Positions 13,060-28,670 of a stretch of 64,000 bases of DNA are shown piece after piece. The notes beneath the pieces were generated by a model. That model made no database searches. It was not told the DNA's origin and was given only the letters and a program-made list of their open reading frames with translations. Position numbers and translations under genes: made by a program. The DNA comes from Vicugna vicugna (taxonomy: Eukaryota). The stretch is from assembly GCA_013265495.1 (NCBI GenBank), contig MU058423.1, positions 9,161,627 to 9,225,626 of the forward strand, read 5' to 3'. Within the stretch, counting starts at the first letter, position 1. The number at the start of each line of letters is the position of its first letter.

Positions 13060-13605
13060 GACAAATGGTCACTGTGTGGAAAGGAATTTGGCCTTATCCA
13101 AAGTTCTGGTCCACATCTTCAGGAAGTTCCAGTGATTGGCGTGTTATTCATGTTAGGCCCCTCAAGTCCCACCTGATAATTTATGCAAACAAGATGATTC
13201 AGGATGAAGCCCCGGAGCCTGATGTCAGTCAGTTCTCCAGGGAGGATCAGGGCTGGTGAGCAGGTTCAATCATGTGGGCAAAAATCAGTCAATCATGCCA
13301 AGTAACACAGCTTCAGTAAAAATCTGACTACCAAAAGCATGAGTGAGCTTTGCCTGGTTGGCAGTATCATCCACATTGTGGTCAGGGGTAGGTAACATCG
13401 TCTGTGACTCCACAGGGAGAGGACAGCTGGAGTTCAGACCCCTCCTAGACTCCTCTGTGTCCCTTCCTTTGTCTGGTTCTAATTTGTGTCCTTTCTCTGT
13501 AATAAATGTGATTGTGAGTAGAATACCTTTCAGTGAGTTCTGTCTTCGTAATGAATTACTGAACTTGAAGGTGAATTTGGGAAACCCCTGAATTTGTAGT
13601 CACCA
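13060..13605 (+). mobile_element. MER21-like LTR fragment
   Basis: Shares recalled MER21-family motifs (aatcagtcaatcatgcc, gggaaacccctgaatttgtag) with the element at 36.9-37.8 kb. Confidence 0.55.
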
Positions 13606-14699
13606 AGACACTCTCTACTACTACAGCAGCATTTCAAATATTTGGGATTTGAAGGCTATTTATTTATTTATTTATTTATTAAAAACTCTTTTTAAGAACA
13701 GTGACAATTCTGATTACCAGTGCCGGGCACTATCTGACTTTACTGAACAGCAGGAGTACCTGTAAGATTTGGATTATAAGGCGCATTTGCATAGCACGGG
13801 ATTCAGGGATTATGACATACTTTCAACAAAAGTATCTCAGTATAAATAAAGATTTTCAGTTAGTACTTCTCATGAGAAGATACCAGAAGAATGTATATTT
13901 TTAAAATGCTATTCTTATTAATGTTTTAAAACAGCATTTTGTACAAGGTTACTTTAGTACCAGAGGTAGGAATAAAACCCTTTATCATGCTGATTATTTG
14001 ATCTCTATGCATTGAATTGATAGTCACCATAGAAGCAATTACATTCAAACTATGAGGAAAATATATACCAATTACTGTAATTACTTAACTTTGAAGCTAG
14101 TAAAGAGATAATTTATTAAAAGCAAAAAAAAAATTAGGCTGTTATTATACAGGTAGAGGAATTCTAACTAGTTTAAATAAAATCCAGTCTTTCATGCTAG
14201 ATCATAGGCTAGAAAAACGGAAGATTACACACATGGAAAGGTGACTGGAGAGCTACGGAAAGGATCAGTGAGTCATTTTTGGTATGTAGAGAGGAAACTA
14301 ACTCATGGTTAAGTCCGACACAGGGGAAATAGGGGAACAAGGAAATATAGGGAAAAAATGTACAGTTATGAAAATAATCTTATTTCCATACATCTATCAA
14401 ATAATAACTGGATACCAAATAATGACAAAGAGAAATTTGTCAATTAAAAAGCCATTTAACAAAAGACCACACATTATACATTCCTTTGAATTATGTCCAT
14501 AAAAAATTTAAATATATAAACCACAGCCCCAAACCCAAAAGAATCTTTCTAAATAAACGAAATACACAGACATATAGACAGATTCAGAATCCCAGACCGT
14601 TTAAAAATATTTTAAAAATCACAGTAAATTATATCTTATCGTAAGAAATAAAAAACCAAAATGACGGTTATATACAATTGTTAAAAGTTTCAAAAGTTC

Positions 14700-17600
14700 A
14701 ATGATGGAGCAATTGTGCCATAATTTATTTAAATAAGTACTGTTCACTAATGCTTGTATAATACACCTATTTTAATATTCTGTTAGACAATGGATTTAAA
14801 TAGCAAATGTTGAGACAACAAAATTGAATTACAGTTATTCTTAAAACATCCTAATTTTGCCTATGTGTCCAGAGTTGTGAATTATGGTAATATCCTCCAG
14901 AAAAGTTAGGTATTTGGTAAAGCAAGGCACACAGGACCAAATTTTGATAAAGGTGTTTTTTTCTTTGGTCCTATAATTACTTCAGATATGCTACATATCC
15001 GGGAGATCCATAAGATGATTTTCAATATAGCATAAATAACTTCTATAAACTTTCTCTTATATAGAGCATATATTCACATGTAATTAAATATTATAATGAA
15101 ACTGAAAATGAGCGATGCTAAACCTGGTTTTTAAAAATAAAACAAAATAACACTCAGGTGAATGAAAATATATGACATTTTAAGAGTCTAATAATTTGAT
15201 ATGTAGGAAAAATGTATCAATTCTTAAGAACAGTCTGTATTACACTAAGTCTACCGAGCACAAAATCAGTTTCCTCTCAGATTCTGTCTCCCTAGAAACT
15301 CGATTAAATATCAAACTACCTTTCTTTCTTTGAAATTGTGACATTCAATATAAATTGATGTAAACATTAAAGTTTTGCATCTCTAAACTATATTTTTCAC
15401 CATAAAAGTAGCCTATAACTTCTATAAAAACCACTTATTAAAGAATTGATATGACTGTGTTGAAACATCTACATGTTGCATTTTAAACTTTTCTTCTGAA
15501 ATACCATATTCTTAATTTTTACAGAGCGATCCGTTGGTACTCTTCTCCCATGATTTAGCACATTTTTATAATGAACAAAGTAGCTGAGAGATAACATGTA
15601 AACTTTAAAAAGTATAAGAATTTAAATAATCAAGGAGTCATCATTACAAAGACTGACACAATAAGGCTTCTGAAGGTCATCGAAACAGAGAAAATGGCAT
15701 TATCTGTGTATATGACATGACCTAGGATATAGGTCTACCTTCTCAAATATGATTATTTCTTCATAAATTAAAAATTATGAACTACACAACCAAATCTCTA
15801 ACATCTTCAAACCTACTAGAAAAGCAAAATATAAATTATGCCTGTCTAATAAAAGTTTAATTTGAAAATATACTTGAGACTATTTTCCCCTTTCTTAGAA
15901 CTCTTGATTACATTGTATGAACTTTGGTGGAAATCTTGAAAATTGGGTTATTTTGGACAGCTGAAAATGTTATTACTATAACTAACATGTCTGATGTCCA
16001 ATAATTTCCTTGTATCATTTTTTGAAGTGTTTAAATAGGGATAGGCTAAACCTGAATGAAAAATTATGAATGCATACTGAATTAATACGTAAATACACAA
16101 CCAGTACTTCAATGTGAGCTGAACACAAATCTTTATATTTAGTCTTACAGTCTGTGCATTTGCAGGATTTCAATTTCACTTAGCAGTAGGTAATAAGATA
16201 TAAGTCTGAATGTTGATACAGTCTAAAAACACCATTCTCAAAATGTGGTAAAGTTATTAAACAAATACTCTAAAAGGTGGTCACTGAAAATCGGTAAGTA
16301 AGGGTTCCAGAAAGTTTGCTTGGTGCCGATTTGGAATCACCAGCAAATTAATTTAAAATACTTTGTAATTTTAAACACTTTCTAAAACTCTAGATGGAAT
16401 AGATTAGGTCTCTGTCCTGTAGAGACTAGGTTTGCATCAGCAAAGTAACATAGCCAGGCCTAATTAGCCAAGAGTACCCAACAGTTTGTAACAGTATTTT
16501 TTTGCCAAATTTTGTTTAACAAATTCCATTAGAACTATATAAAAATATTTATTTTTACAATTTTTAATACTATTAGAACAGGAGACTTAAAAATATATAA
16601 AGCATGAATGAAAAAGTAAAATAAAATACTTCATACACAGTAAGTAATTTTGTCTCTAATCAATAATTAAACCCTATTCCAATTTTAGAAAGTATTTGTG
16701 CCCACCAATTCATTTGATCATTTCTGCTATATTTTCTTTCCCTGAACGAATTTATTAAATAACTTATGTAATTTGCAACCTCAACTTCAGTGATAAAATG
16801 GAAAAGAAACCACTATTTTAAAGCTCCTTTCTGGCAGCTTTTGTAGGGCCACAGAAAGGGAGGTCAGAATTCAGCTGCCTCTTCAAGACATGTGATCAGA
16901 GTATTCCCAGGAATGTTGAGTTTATGAAACACCTAGAAAGTTCTTCTGAGCAGCCTTGAATTTATAGTTATAGTGCCATTTAAAATAATGTAGTATCATG
17001 GCAATCTGGAATGCCTCCAAGAAAAGTCATTTTGGTCTCAATTCCCTGACATCTGTACTAGTATTTTTTTGGTAGTTGTTTTGTCAAGAGTTGTATATTA
17101 AAGGAAATTTTTACAGATCAGTGAGTAAAATATTCATTTAAAAACATTCTAGATGTGTACAGTATATGCTTTGATAGTTCAAAATTCTCAAAATGGAGAT
17201 ATTAGACAATAATAATAATTTTAAATTATTAAATGAGTATTTAATCCCTTTAAATTACATTTTAAAACTTTAATGGAAATTAACATATAGAAATTTAATT
17301 TAAAGTAATATTAAGGATTTATCTGATTTACAGAAAAGAAATACAATTAAGGGATTAAGGACAAAACTCCATTAGTGTAAAAGTCACTGGCTACTATCTA
17401 GCAGAGGAGCAACTGGATTGCCTTCAGCAGTTCTGAAGCACTAAAAGATCTTAAAATATAAATGGAGAAACAGATGTGTATATTCCTTTACATTAAATTT
17501 AAATATGAATTTTATTCTCTGACAAATCAGACCCAGAATGTTACTTTATCAATTTTTATGCAGTTAAATATTTGCAATATAGCAATCCTTTGTTTAGTAA

Positions 17601-18128
17601 TCTTTTGTATAAGTATAAAAATTAGATTCATGAAAATGTTTTTCAAATCATACTTCTATTTCTTCACAGCTTTATAGGTAATTATAATTTTCAAACGTTG
17701 AATATTCCATGTGATTTGATACATGTGTTCAGAAAGAGTAAGATAAAAAACATTTAATAAGATTAAATATATCTAATTTGCAAAAATTGGTATCTGACAT
17801 TTGTTGTGTGCTCTTGCGAAGAGTGCATAGCGTATTTCTGCAGCAATCAAAAAGTAAAATCTTTTTAAACTCAGATTTCAAGTTTCCTCTGATAGTTACT
17901 CTAATCCCTGGAAATACTTTCAAGTTTTGATTTCTAGATGCAATAGGCATTCTGTTACATATACATATATTTTATCCTTAAACTTTGATATTTTCAAACC
18001 ATTTGAACAACAGGATCAGATTCAACATGATGATTTCTTCTTAGAATCTGTAGCAGTCCTCTGTGCAAGATTAACGCTGAGACTCCCAGGGCACCATTGT
18101 GAAAGACCAGAGAAAGACAGCATTGGGG
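14700..18128 (-). other. SLC35A3: SLC35A3 3'UTR region with candidate AATAAA signals (minus strand, e.g. 17511-17516, 16751-16756, 14724-14729)
   Basis: AT-rich, repeat-poor stretch after the stop codon. TTTATT on the plus strand reads AATAAA on the minus strand. The true 3' end is unknown. Confidence 0.55.
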
Positions 18129-18257
<129 letters not shown>

Positions 18258-18334
18258 TTAAAATCAAAACAAGTTCTATTTCTTCACCATAAAAACAAAT
18301 ATAATTTGGGACAAAATGTTCCAGTAACATGGTA

Positions 18335-18560
18335 ACAAATATTGAGGACTTACTACATTCCAGGTATTCAGCTAAGTGTTTTACATGCATTATCTCATCT
18401 AGTTCTCACAACAACCCAATGAAGGACTAGTATTTTCCTCATTTGTTTATATATGAGGAAACTGAGGTTCAGCAAATTTAAGTAATTTGTGTAAAGTCCC
18501 ACAGCTTGAAGTGGAAGATGGGATTCAAAGCCAGGTATGTGTGCCTCCAGAGCCAAGCCT
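18335..18560 (-). mobile_element. MIR SINE
   Basis: Core atgaggaaactgaggttcag...aagtaatttg...gggattcaaagccagg. Confidence 0.75.
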
Positions 18561-20399
18561 GCACTGTCATGCACTGCGCTGTACTGTAGTCTCCCAAGCA
18601 AAGATGTTTTAAATGTTGTATTTCACCTTAATATGCCTTTTGCCTATAATATATTGAATAATAAAAGATCTCAATTTTTAAAAATATTTGAAGATATAAA
18701 GGGAAAATTGCATTCTTTCCAAACCAAAGTTCAGTTTAAAATACAAGGTAGTATAATCAAAACTCAGGACTAATTTTTATAGGATGCTTTACAGAAGGAA
18801 ATTAGATTAAATGCAGGGAGACTTGGTTTCATCTCTATTTTATCTGTTCTTAAATATAATATACCTTATTACAAACTGGAAATGAATTTAAACTGGTACT
18901 GGAATTTAAACTGAATGTAAACTGGAATACCAATCTTAACTTTTAACATATATATTCTTCAAAGTACAGTTGCAGGGACATGAAAAAGATCACTAATCCT
19001 TATCATGACCTAAAGAACCCTTCATAATGTGATCTGTCCAGCTTCATCTCCCACACTCCACCCCATCCCGTTATAACTCAGCCATGGCCTTCAGTGAACA
19101 CAACCTGCCCTTCAGGGCAGTGACCTTGTAGATGCTAATTCTCTGCCTGTAATAACCCTTCTCCCAAGAAAATTATTTATTCATAACAACTCAGGTCTAA
19201 AGTCTCTAAGACTCACTCCCCTAGGCAGTTACTCTCTGGTAACAGTTTATCACACTGTATTAAATAATGCATTATTTACGTTCTGTTCCCCTACTCAACC
19301 ATTCGCTGCTCATTCATCACTGTATCGCCAGTACCTAGCATATATAGGGAGCTTAATCATTATCTGTTATGATACGTTTAGTGTTGAGTTGATGCAAATG
19401 GGCAAATTTTCAAAAGCCTTAGATGCACGTACAGCTTTCCAGAACTCTGGAATTGCAGAGCATCACATATTCAGCTGAAAAGTTGTCTGATACAAATTTC
19501 TACCCACTGTAGGAATCCACTCTGTGCCATCTCTATCAGGATCTACCAGAATACCTACTAACATCAGGAAACCCCCGCTTTCCAAGCCAGCTATTTTTAG
19601 ATGGTTCTGCGAGAGAAAAATTTAAGGACAAAACTATCAGAATTTAGTATCATTTCAAAGATTTTAGCCCCCCTCTTTCAAATGGAATTGTGTATATACT
19701 TCTATTGCTGCATTGATCATACTGTCATAGTTTATTTTCCTGTCTCTCTGATCACTGTGATGACCTTGAAGACAGAAAACCATTATTCATGCATTCCTGT
19801 TTTTCTAGGATCTTGTACACTGATTGGCAGATACACAGTGAACACACTTAATGAATTTTTGATAAAAGAATAAGCAAGCCTAAATGCAAGAATGGTAATA
19901 CCAATAAGCAAACTTATGAGCGTAAGGAAAATAGGCAAGGGAACACTGGTGATGTGGTATCAGTAGAGACAGCTAGCAGTCACTGAAAATATATAGGGAT
20001 ATAGAGGATATAGAGTCAAGGTGAAATTGGGACTCTCCTTCATAGAGAGGACAGTCAAGACATGGCAGTGGATAAGATGGACAACAGAGTGGGTGAGGAC
20101 TGACAGGTTACCAAAGGAACAATCAGAAAGGCAGGTACAGGGGTACTAATTCTGAGAAACCAAAAAACTGTTTCAGGTGGAGAAACAGGGATAACAAAGG
20201 AAAATATACTACTGCCCTGGGAATACAGATCGTTGGATTTATTGGGGAGATGTTCTCCACGAAAGTAAGAACACATGAAGATGGAGGGCTTGTTATCTAC
20301 TTTAGAAAAAATAACCCACCTCCTCCATCTGACTCAGTGTCCTGTGCATATTCCCCAAATAGTCACTCATTCAATAATGAAAATGTCATCTTTTCTCTT

Positions 20400-20513
20400 C
20401 TTATTCATTATTATTATTTATTTTTATTTTTATTTAATGGAGGTACTGGGGATTGAACCCATGATCTTGTGCATGCTAAGCATGCGCTCTAGCACTGAGC
20501 TATATCCTACCCC
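20400..20513 (-). mobile_element. tRNA-derived SINE (vic-1-like)
   Basis: Sequence ggaggtactggggattgaaccc...gcatgctaagcatgcgctctagcactgagctata with an AT-rich tail. Confidence 0.85.
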
Positions 20514-21304
20514 ACTACATCTTTTCTCTTTTTATCTTCCTCCTAACACACTTTACATGCTCCCTCAGAAACATGGATTTACACATGCAGCTGTATGTCA
20601 CTGAAAAACGCCTACTCTTTTGTCTTTCTGCTGTTTTACTTCTTCATTTACTTATTTTATCTCCTACATGATTTGAAGATTTAAAGTTAACATCTTGGCT
20701 TGATATGAGGGTATTTTTTTTTTTGAAGGTATGCTGTTGCCTTTTTAAGGGTATCCTAAAAATCTATACGTTCCAAACGTTCTCAAGTAATATTAAAGCA
20801 CATAATTTCTCCACTTAATGAATGGGGAATGAGCATCATTAAGATATAGGTGCTAATTATTTGGGTAGTCTCACTAGCTAAGTAATTCATTCCCATGCCA
20901 AGCTAAAAAACAGAAATACTTTAAAATTCATGCCTCAGAAAAATTATAAATTTCAACATGCATGTCCCAGACCTACTGTGCCAGTTGCTAGAGAAAAACC
21001 AAACCATAAATGTTCAATACAGAAATAAAATGAGCATATTATGTATTTCTACTGCCAAATTCCATCCATAATTCTGTCTAACTAACACAAATTTTTAATA
21101 TAGTTAGTGAAATTCATTTAAGTTCTTGAAATTCTTTCAACAAACCTACTAATTACCTATTATATGCCAAGCTCCAGCCCCACTTACTTATTAACAGATG
21201 GCAACAAGTCTTCTGAAGAAAGGACGGAAGAATGATGAAAGTGGAGGTACTTTTTATTTAGAGAGATCCTTAATAAAGTGACATTTGAGCCAAGATCTGA
21301 GGAT

Positions 21305-21352
21305 GTGAGGGAGTGTGTGAGGGAGTGTGTGAGGGAGGGTGGGAGGGAGTGT
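21305..21352. repeat. 12-bp tandem repeat (gtgagggagtgt)-like x4
   Basis: Read directly; copies 3 and 4 each carry one change. Confidence 0.85.
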
Positions 21353-21434
21353 GCCACGTGAGTGCGCAGGGCTGAGAATTCCAAGAGGAATAAAGGGCAA
21401 GTCAAAGCCCAGAGCAGAGGTTATGACAGCCAAA

Positions 21435-21528
21435 GGGAGGAAGGAAGGAAGGGAGGAAGGAAGGGAGGAAGGAAGGAAGAGAAGGAAAGAAAGAAGGAAG
21501 AAAGAGAAAAGGAAAGAAAGAAAGAAAA
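21435..21528. repeat. (GGAA)n/(GAAA)n purine microsatellite
   Basis: Read directly. Confidence 0.9.
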
Positions 21529-22021
21529 TCAAAGTGAACAAGAGGATTATCAGATGAAAACAGAAAGGCAGCCAAGGGCCAAACCAAATAAGCCCCTGAT
21601 GACGACAACTTTTCTCACCAGCCAACTTTTCTCTATGAACAAACTACCCTCTTCAAGAATGTCATCCACTTTCCTGGCTTTAGCTATGTAAACTCTTCAT
21701 TTAAAAATGTCATTATATGATTTATTTTATGGCTTTATACAGCCTATTAACTTTAAAAAATATGACTTTAAACTTTGAGGGAAAAAAAGTCCATTCAGAC
21801 CTATTGGGAAAATTCTGGCCAGCCAAAGTATATATAAAACTTTCCAGAGTTACAGATTTTCTTCCTGTGTTTAGTTCGAAACCTTTTTAAAAAGATAGTT
21901 AAATGAATCTTTCACTATATTTCCATGATTCTTAAAAAGCTGTAATGGAACAAAAATTTTCAGATTAGATGGAATTCTTATATACTTTTGAAAATTTAAA
22001 GAAATAGGAGAGAATACATTA

Positions 22022-22180
<159 letters not shown>

Positions 22181-23476
22181 TCAAAAAATAAACATATATA
22201 AAACTGCTTTGCAAAACAATCTCATTACTCAATAAAGTTTTTTAGGCTTTTGTCCTATAAATTTAATCCCCTTAAAGTAAGTGATTTTTAATAAATGTCT
22301 CATAACCAATAGACTTCCAGGCTTTGTTCAACAGCCCACTTATGTTAAAAGCTATCTGAGAAAATAACTACCAGCATAATCTGCAGTTTATTATAATGGA
22401 GTTTGACAATATTACAAATAAAGTATCTACCCTCATCCAATTTAGTAATTAAGCATCACTTGTTCAGACAAATATGGGAAGACTGGACACTCTGATTAGT
22501 GAAATATTTTTACTTTTGATTAAAAATAAAGTGTCACTTGAAAGTTATTTTACCAGCTTTTTAATAGCCTAATTTGGCTTTCTTTCTCTAGTTTCTTCCC
22601 AACTTAGACCAACTGAGCTCACTACAAACTGATGCTGGAGTTCCAGCATTTCTTGGCAATATTCTCATTCACTGACTTCTTCCTATTTAATCCCTCATAC
22701 CACTGTACCCAACGTTTTCTATTTTACTCAACTCTGCACCCACTTCTTAAGGAAAGAGGGCTTCCCTCCTTGATGGGATAAAAGCCATCATACATAAACT
22801 CTCCTGACTTACCCTATATCTACTTCAAATTTTCTCTCAATTTTCACTTATCCTTGTCTTCTTTTCTATCTTGAAAACAGATGTATCCTTCCTGCTTTCA
22901 AAATACAACTATCCTTTGCCACCTTCACTCACCTTCCCTAAGGGATCTCATTCCTGACATTTCAGCTACCTCTAGAGAAAGACTTTGTGAATGCAGAGAC
23001 TTGTGTCTTAATTTCCAGAATACTCAGTAAGTTTTTTTGGAAGATGAAATTACTCAACCCTTGAACAATTTCAGGTTATAAACCGAGGGAATTTAACAGG
23101 ACTACTGCAGTATGTAACTGCAATAGGAGGCTATAACTGTTACAGATGTAAATATCTACATCTGCTTCTTCAGCCTGGATGGGCTGACCACAGACTTCCT
23201 GTATAATGACTAGAATTATAGAAAAAGCGAAAGTTATATTTGTCCTCAATTTCAACTCTTTTCTTTTCAAACTTGCATTTTCATTATGTTAAATTTAAAT
23301 ATCACAAAGTTCATTCACAACCCACTTCCAGGTAAGTTTTCATTATGACATTAAGACCAGTTCTATTTTAACTTTGCTCAATAAACAAGATATAATGAGA
23401 GCACTAATAGGAGACTTTTCTTCACATCAGTACATCATAGCTGCTTTGATTCTCTATATTGAAATAAAGTTTATTA

Positions 23477-23641
<165 letters not shown>

Positions 23642-24714
23642 TCATATGCCATTTAGTTTGTCTGGAGAGAAATTTTTCCATTGACATTCCAAATAATTTT
23701 ATACTTAGCTTTTCCTTTTTGATAAAATTTGATTACTTAAAAATTTTTTAAGTTGGATATTTATATAAACTTAGCAAAAAGTGGTAGTATATTAGTAGTA
23801 TATTATGACTATAAGGAAAAGACACGAGAATATAAAAAAGAACGGAGATCACCAACTTTGGAGCACTGAAAAAAAAGTATACATTACGTGACTACATGAC
23901 TATCCCATTCAAATATTTGTAAAATGTTCACTTTCAGTATATTTTATTGTATCTTACATCTTCCTGTTGCTAGATCTAGATTTTCAAACATTCATACATG
24001 CAGATATAAAAGCTTAGGTATGTGGTATGGGGAAAAAAAAATAGTATTTTTATTTAGAAATTTTGGAAATATAATAAGTAATACAAAAAAAAATCAGAGC
24101 TAAGAAATAGTCACAGGCAACATCAGAGTCTGTCATTACTGAAGTCTCATCATGAGGGACAGTCGGCGCAGTGAGAGCAGAAGTGTGTCTTATTCATTGC
24201 CGCGCCCCTTACTTCTACTATAGAGCTTATCACGTGACTACTGGATCTAAGATTTCCTGGAGCAATCCCAAACTACGAATAAAGAAGTGGATGCCTACAG
24301 ATGTCACCTCTTTGGGGCAGTCTCTGGTACAATATGCAGTCAAAGAGTGCAGAGGAAAGCAATTTTTCATAAAGCCACAACTAACCAAAGTATTCCACAA
24401 TGACAAGGAACCAAAAAGGATGTGAAATGTTCTTACTAAAGTTTTATTTATGCCAGCTCTGTCACTTTAATATGTCTAATTTAGAATATGAAAATAATAC
24501 TAGGATAATAGAAAATTACACAAACTTTCAAAGGTATTCATATTTTTTAAGTTATAAAAATAACATGATAATTATAAAAAAATGTATAAGTACAGAATAT
24601 GTACATGTTGGTATGCACAGATCTACTACATTCTATCAGTTACATAATACTCCATTGTTTCTATAGTAATAATACGAAATATGTATGTAATGCCACATGC
24701 AATGAAATGTTCGA

Positions 24715-24900
24715 AGAGCTTTGTTTATGTTAACTCATAACAATCCTATGAGGTAGATAATTTTATGCTCATTTTACAGATGAAGAAACTGAGAAAAAGA
24801 AACATTAAATAAACTTGCCCAAACTCTTACTGCTGGTTAGTGATGGATTCAAGATTTTAAGGCAGTGGTTTTGAAGTCCATGGTCCTAACAACTACACTA
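24715..24900 (-). mobile_element. MIR SINE
   Basis: Sequence cataacaatcctatgaggtag...cattttacagatgaagaaactgag...aacttgccca. Confidence 0.7.
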
Positions 24901-25999
24901 TTATCATATTAGTCATTTATTTAACCAATCTCCTAAATGTTTTCTATTTTTTATAATTGTAACCAGTGCTGAAATGAATAAAAAGAAGCTAATTTAACTT
25001 TGTCTTTATTTTGAAGGTTCTTAAAAAAACTTGATACATGTCTACAAATTTTGCAGAGAAACAAATAAATACTATGTGATAAAATGAAGGTTCCATCTGT
25101 AATCACTTTACTTGAAAACAGCAGGAAAGATGGACTTTAATCGAATTTGGAAGCTTTGTTAGACTTAAAATGCAGGCCATTAGGATTACAGACAATTCAC
25201 TGTGTAGGGACTGGAAGGGCCTGTTATGGCTGCTATCAGGAGACGTATCTATTAAGCTGATGTGAACACAAAAAAAGAGTGGTTTCAAAGATGAGCTCCA
25301 AATCAGAGGGACAGAGGCTTAAAAGAATGTGCTGATTTGCAATCTGAGCTGCTGCACACATGCAGCATCTTCCAAAATTTTAATATACGACAGGAATACT
25401 AAATTCTGAAATCTTTGTATGAGTCAAATGTTACCGTGCTGTAAATAATAGTTTAAATATCTGTTCAAAGGCAATCTTTCAATATGTGGATTTTTTTTTC
25501 TTTTAAACTATTTATCTTCAGCTAGAAAAATGTTATAGTATTTAAAAGCTAAAACATAACATTTTGAAATAAAAATATTAATATTTTAAAACTGACAAGA
25601 GTTTCTTCATTTCAAACTTCGTCTATTTAAGTATCCTTTTTTTTCCAGCTTTCTTGAGGTATAATCAATAAATTTGTAGGATTTTTAAAGTGTACATTGT
25701 GGTGGTTTGATATACATCTACATAGACTATAGTTGATAACACTGTATCATGTAATTGAAACTTGCTACCTTAATCTCTTTTCCCAGGAGGAAACTGTGTA
25801 AGTTATTTGCAACATCTTCCAGGGAAAGGTAGCAATGAAGAATAAAGGCTTCAAATGGTAAGGACAGAAACAGGATGCACTGCTATGTCACTGACCTAAA
25901 ATTGTATACTCTTGATAAAAGACATTCATTTAAAATAAGTTTTTCAAATGGTAAAAACCTTGCCAGATATTTGGATCAGCAGATTTTATAAAAGGCTTA

Positions 26000-26290
<291 letters not shown>

Positions 26291-26999
26291 CTATAATATT
26301 TTGCAAAATGCTTATTTACTGCCCACTTTTAGACCTTAAGGTAAAAATGCAACCAACACCGTTCTTGGGGATTGCAGAGGAGAGCTTCTGAAAGAAAACC
26401 TTAGAAAATCAGTTTTTTTTTTCCCCATAGTGATATTACTGTCACAAAATATAATTTCAAAAAATCCCCTAAAAAAGAGAAAGAGAACGAATAAATACAG
26501 ATGCATAAAATAGGCCCTATAAGCTGTTCAGCTGTAGACATTCAGAGTATGGAGTGTTGGAGCAGCAAAAATGAGCCTGGAGCTGTTGGCATTTATGGAA
26601 GATCCATGTGGTATCATGCTAACAATTCTGAGCTTTATCCTGCAGGTCAGTGTTCCTAAAACTTCATTTATTTGCTTATCACCTTCATGGACTTTGTCAA
26701 ATCTGTGTTCTATCTGAAATATTAATTACTTGATATTTTAATTTAAAATACCTCACTTTTCAAAATTGAATACCACATTTAGCTTACTATAAGTGTTATC
26801 TATGAAAATAGGAGTTTGATATGCCAGTTATACTTTTGTAATATCCATTTAAATAAATATTAGAATATTTATTCAAAATATACATACCACACCCGGAGGA
26901 AGGTGATGGGGGGTGGGTTTGGATGGCAGCAAATTGACATGATTGGATTTGTTTTTAGACCACAATGGTGACTAAGTGGAGGCCGAATTTTGGGGGATA

Positions 27000-27600
27000 G
27001 GTAAGACTGAAGTAAAAAAAAAAAAAAATCAATTAGGCAAAAGATTACCTGAGGCACTAGAGAAGGTCTCAGCAGAGACAGACAAGGACAGAATCAAGAA
27101 GTATTAGAAAGCAGAATCAGAAAGGTCTTAGTGATTTGACTGAATGTACAGGCTGAAGGAAGAGTCTAGAACAACTCCTAGGCTGTGCAAATAATGACTA
27201 GAAAAAACAGAAATAAAGAACAGGCTTGGTGGGAAAAGATAAAGTTTAGTGTTGGATACACTGAGTTTATAAGGTCTATTGAACAACCAGCCAAAGACGT
27301 CCGACAGCTTTTAGGTATACAAATCTGAAACCAGGGCGAAAACAAGAGCTGATGACCCAGACCAAGAAGCTATCAGTGCGCGTTAATAAAAACCTCCAGA
27401 ATGAATGAACTCTCCAGAAATGAGGACACACTTTAAGAGAGATAACCAGCTTATCAGTAACCCCAATATCTAATGGGAGTATCAAGGGAGAGGACCCCAG
27501 GAAGGAAACCAGTAAGGGACCATTCGAAGGACGCGAGAAGAGCCAGGGAAGAACGGTCTCAGGGAAGCTGATAAGACAATAGGAAGGGAGTGGTCAATCT
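27000..27600. mobile_element. L2 LINE fragment
   Basis: L2-like purine-rich motifs (gaaggaagagtctagaacaactcctagg; aagtttagtgttggatacactgagttt). Confidence 0.55.
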
Positions 27601-27877
27601 CAAATGTCCAGATACCCAGTTAAAATCAGCTTTATTTTATATATAGGGTCTTTTCCCCCAACTAGACTGTTCATTTCTTTATGTCAGGTAATTTGATTTT
27701 ATTTCTTTGTATCATTTACAGTCCCAATGTAGCATCTTGCTCAAAGGAAGTCCTCAGAAAAAGTCAGTTGTGAGAATATGCATTTATTTGCTTCAACAAA
27801 TAATAGAACCATATTCTCCAAAATGAAGTTTTGAAACTGTGATAAAAATGAAAGGTATACTTATCTTGAATAGTTAC

Positions 27878-28000
27878 CTGTACAAAAGCAACTCCTGTCA
27901 TCAGAATTACTAGGGAGAGCCACTGGTACACACCTAATTTTTTACTAAGCATAGACACGGAAAATAATGCCGTCGTAAGAATTTTCAACTGATATGTGAC
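27878..28000 (-). CDS. SLC35A3: SLC35A3 exon 4, [41 protein letters not shown]
   Basis: Boundaries tctttttcag|GTC and CAG|gtaact; 123 nt. Confidence 0.96.
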
Positions 28001-28059
28001 CTGAAAAAGAAAACAGCTAATATTATTGTTTGTTTCTTTCTTTCTTAGAAGTACTACTA

Positions 28060-28266
<207 letters not shown>

Positions 28267-28371
28267 TTAAGTAACTCTGAATAAGTTACACACCCTCTTT
28301 CTCTTCACTTTTCTCACCTGTAAAAAATGCACATTTGACTACATGTAGAGATACTTTTAGGTCTAAAATAT

Positions 28372-28670
28372 ACAGACATACTTTGGAGGTATCACAGGTT
28401 CAGTTCCAGACCACTGCCATAGAGTGAATAGCGCAATAAAGTGAGTCAAAAGACTTATTTTTGGTTTCCCAGTGCATGTGAAAATTATGTTTATTCTATT
28501 CTATAGCCTGTTAACTGCACAGCAGGATTATGTCTTTAAAAAACAATGTACATACGTTAATTAAAAAATACTTCATTGCTAAAAAATGCTAACCAACACA
28601 GGTTGCCACAAATCTTCAATTTGTAAAAAGCACAATTATCTGCAAAGGACAATAAAACAAGGCAAACTAA
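28372..28670. mobile_element. Internally deleted Tigger1-type DNA transposon
   Basis: Starts tacagacatac...ggttcagttccagaccac and ends ggttgccacaaatcttcaatttgtaaaaa...caataaaacaagg, matching both recalled Tigger1 ends joined together. Confidence 0.75.

Noticed and set aside
21184..21691. Hydrophobic and Lys/Arg/Glu-rich ORFs (similarly at 61230-61632)
   Set aside because: They are translations of GGAA/CCTT microsatellites.
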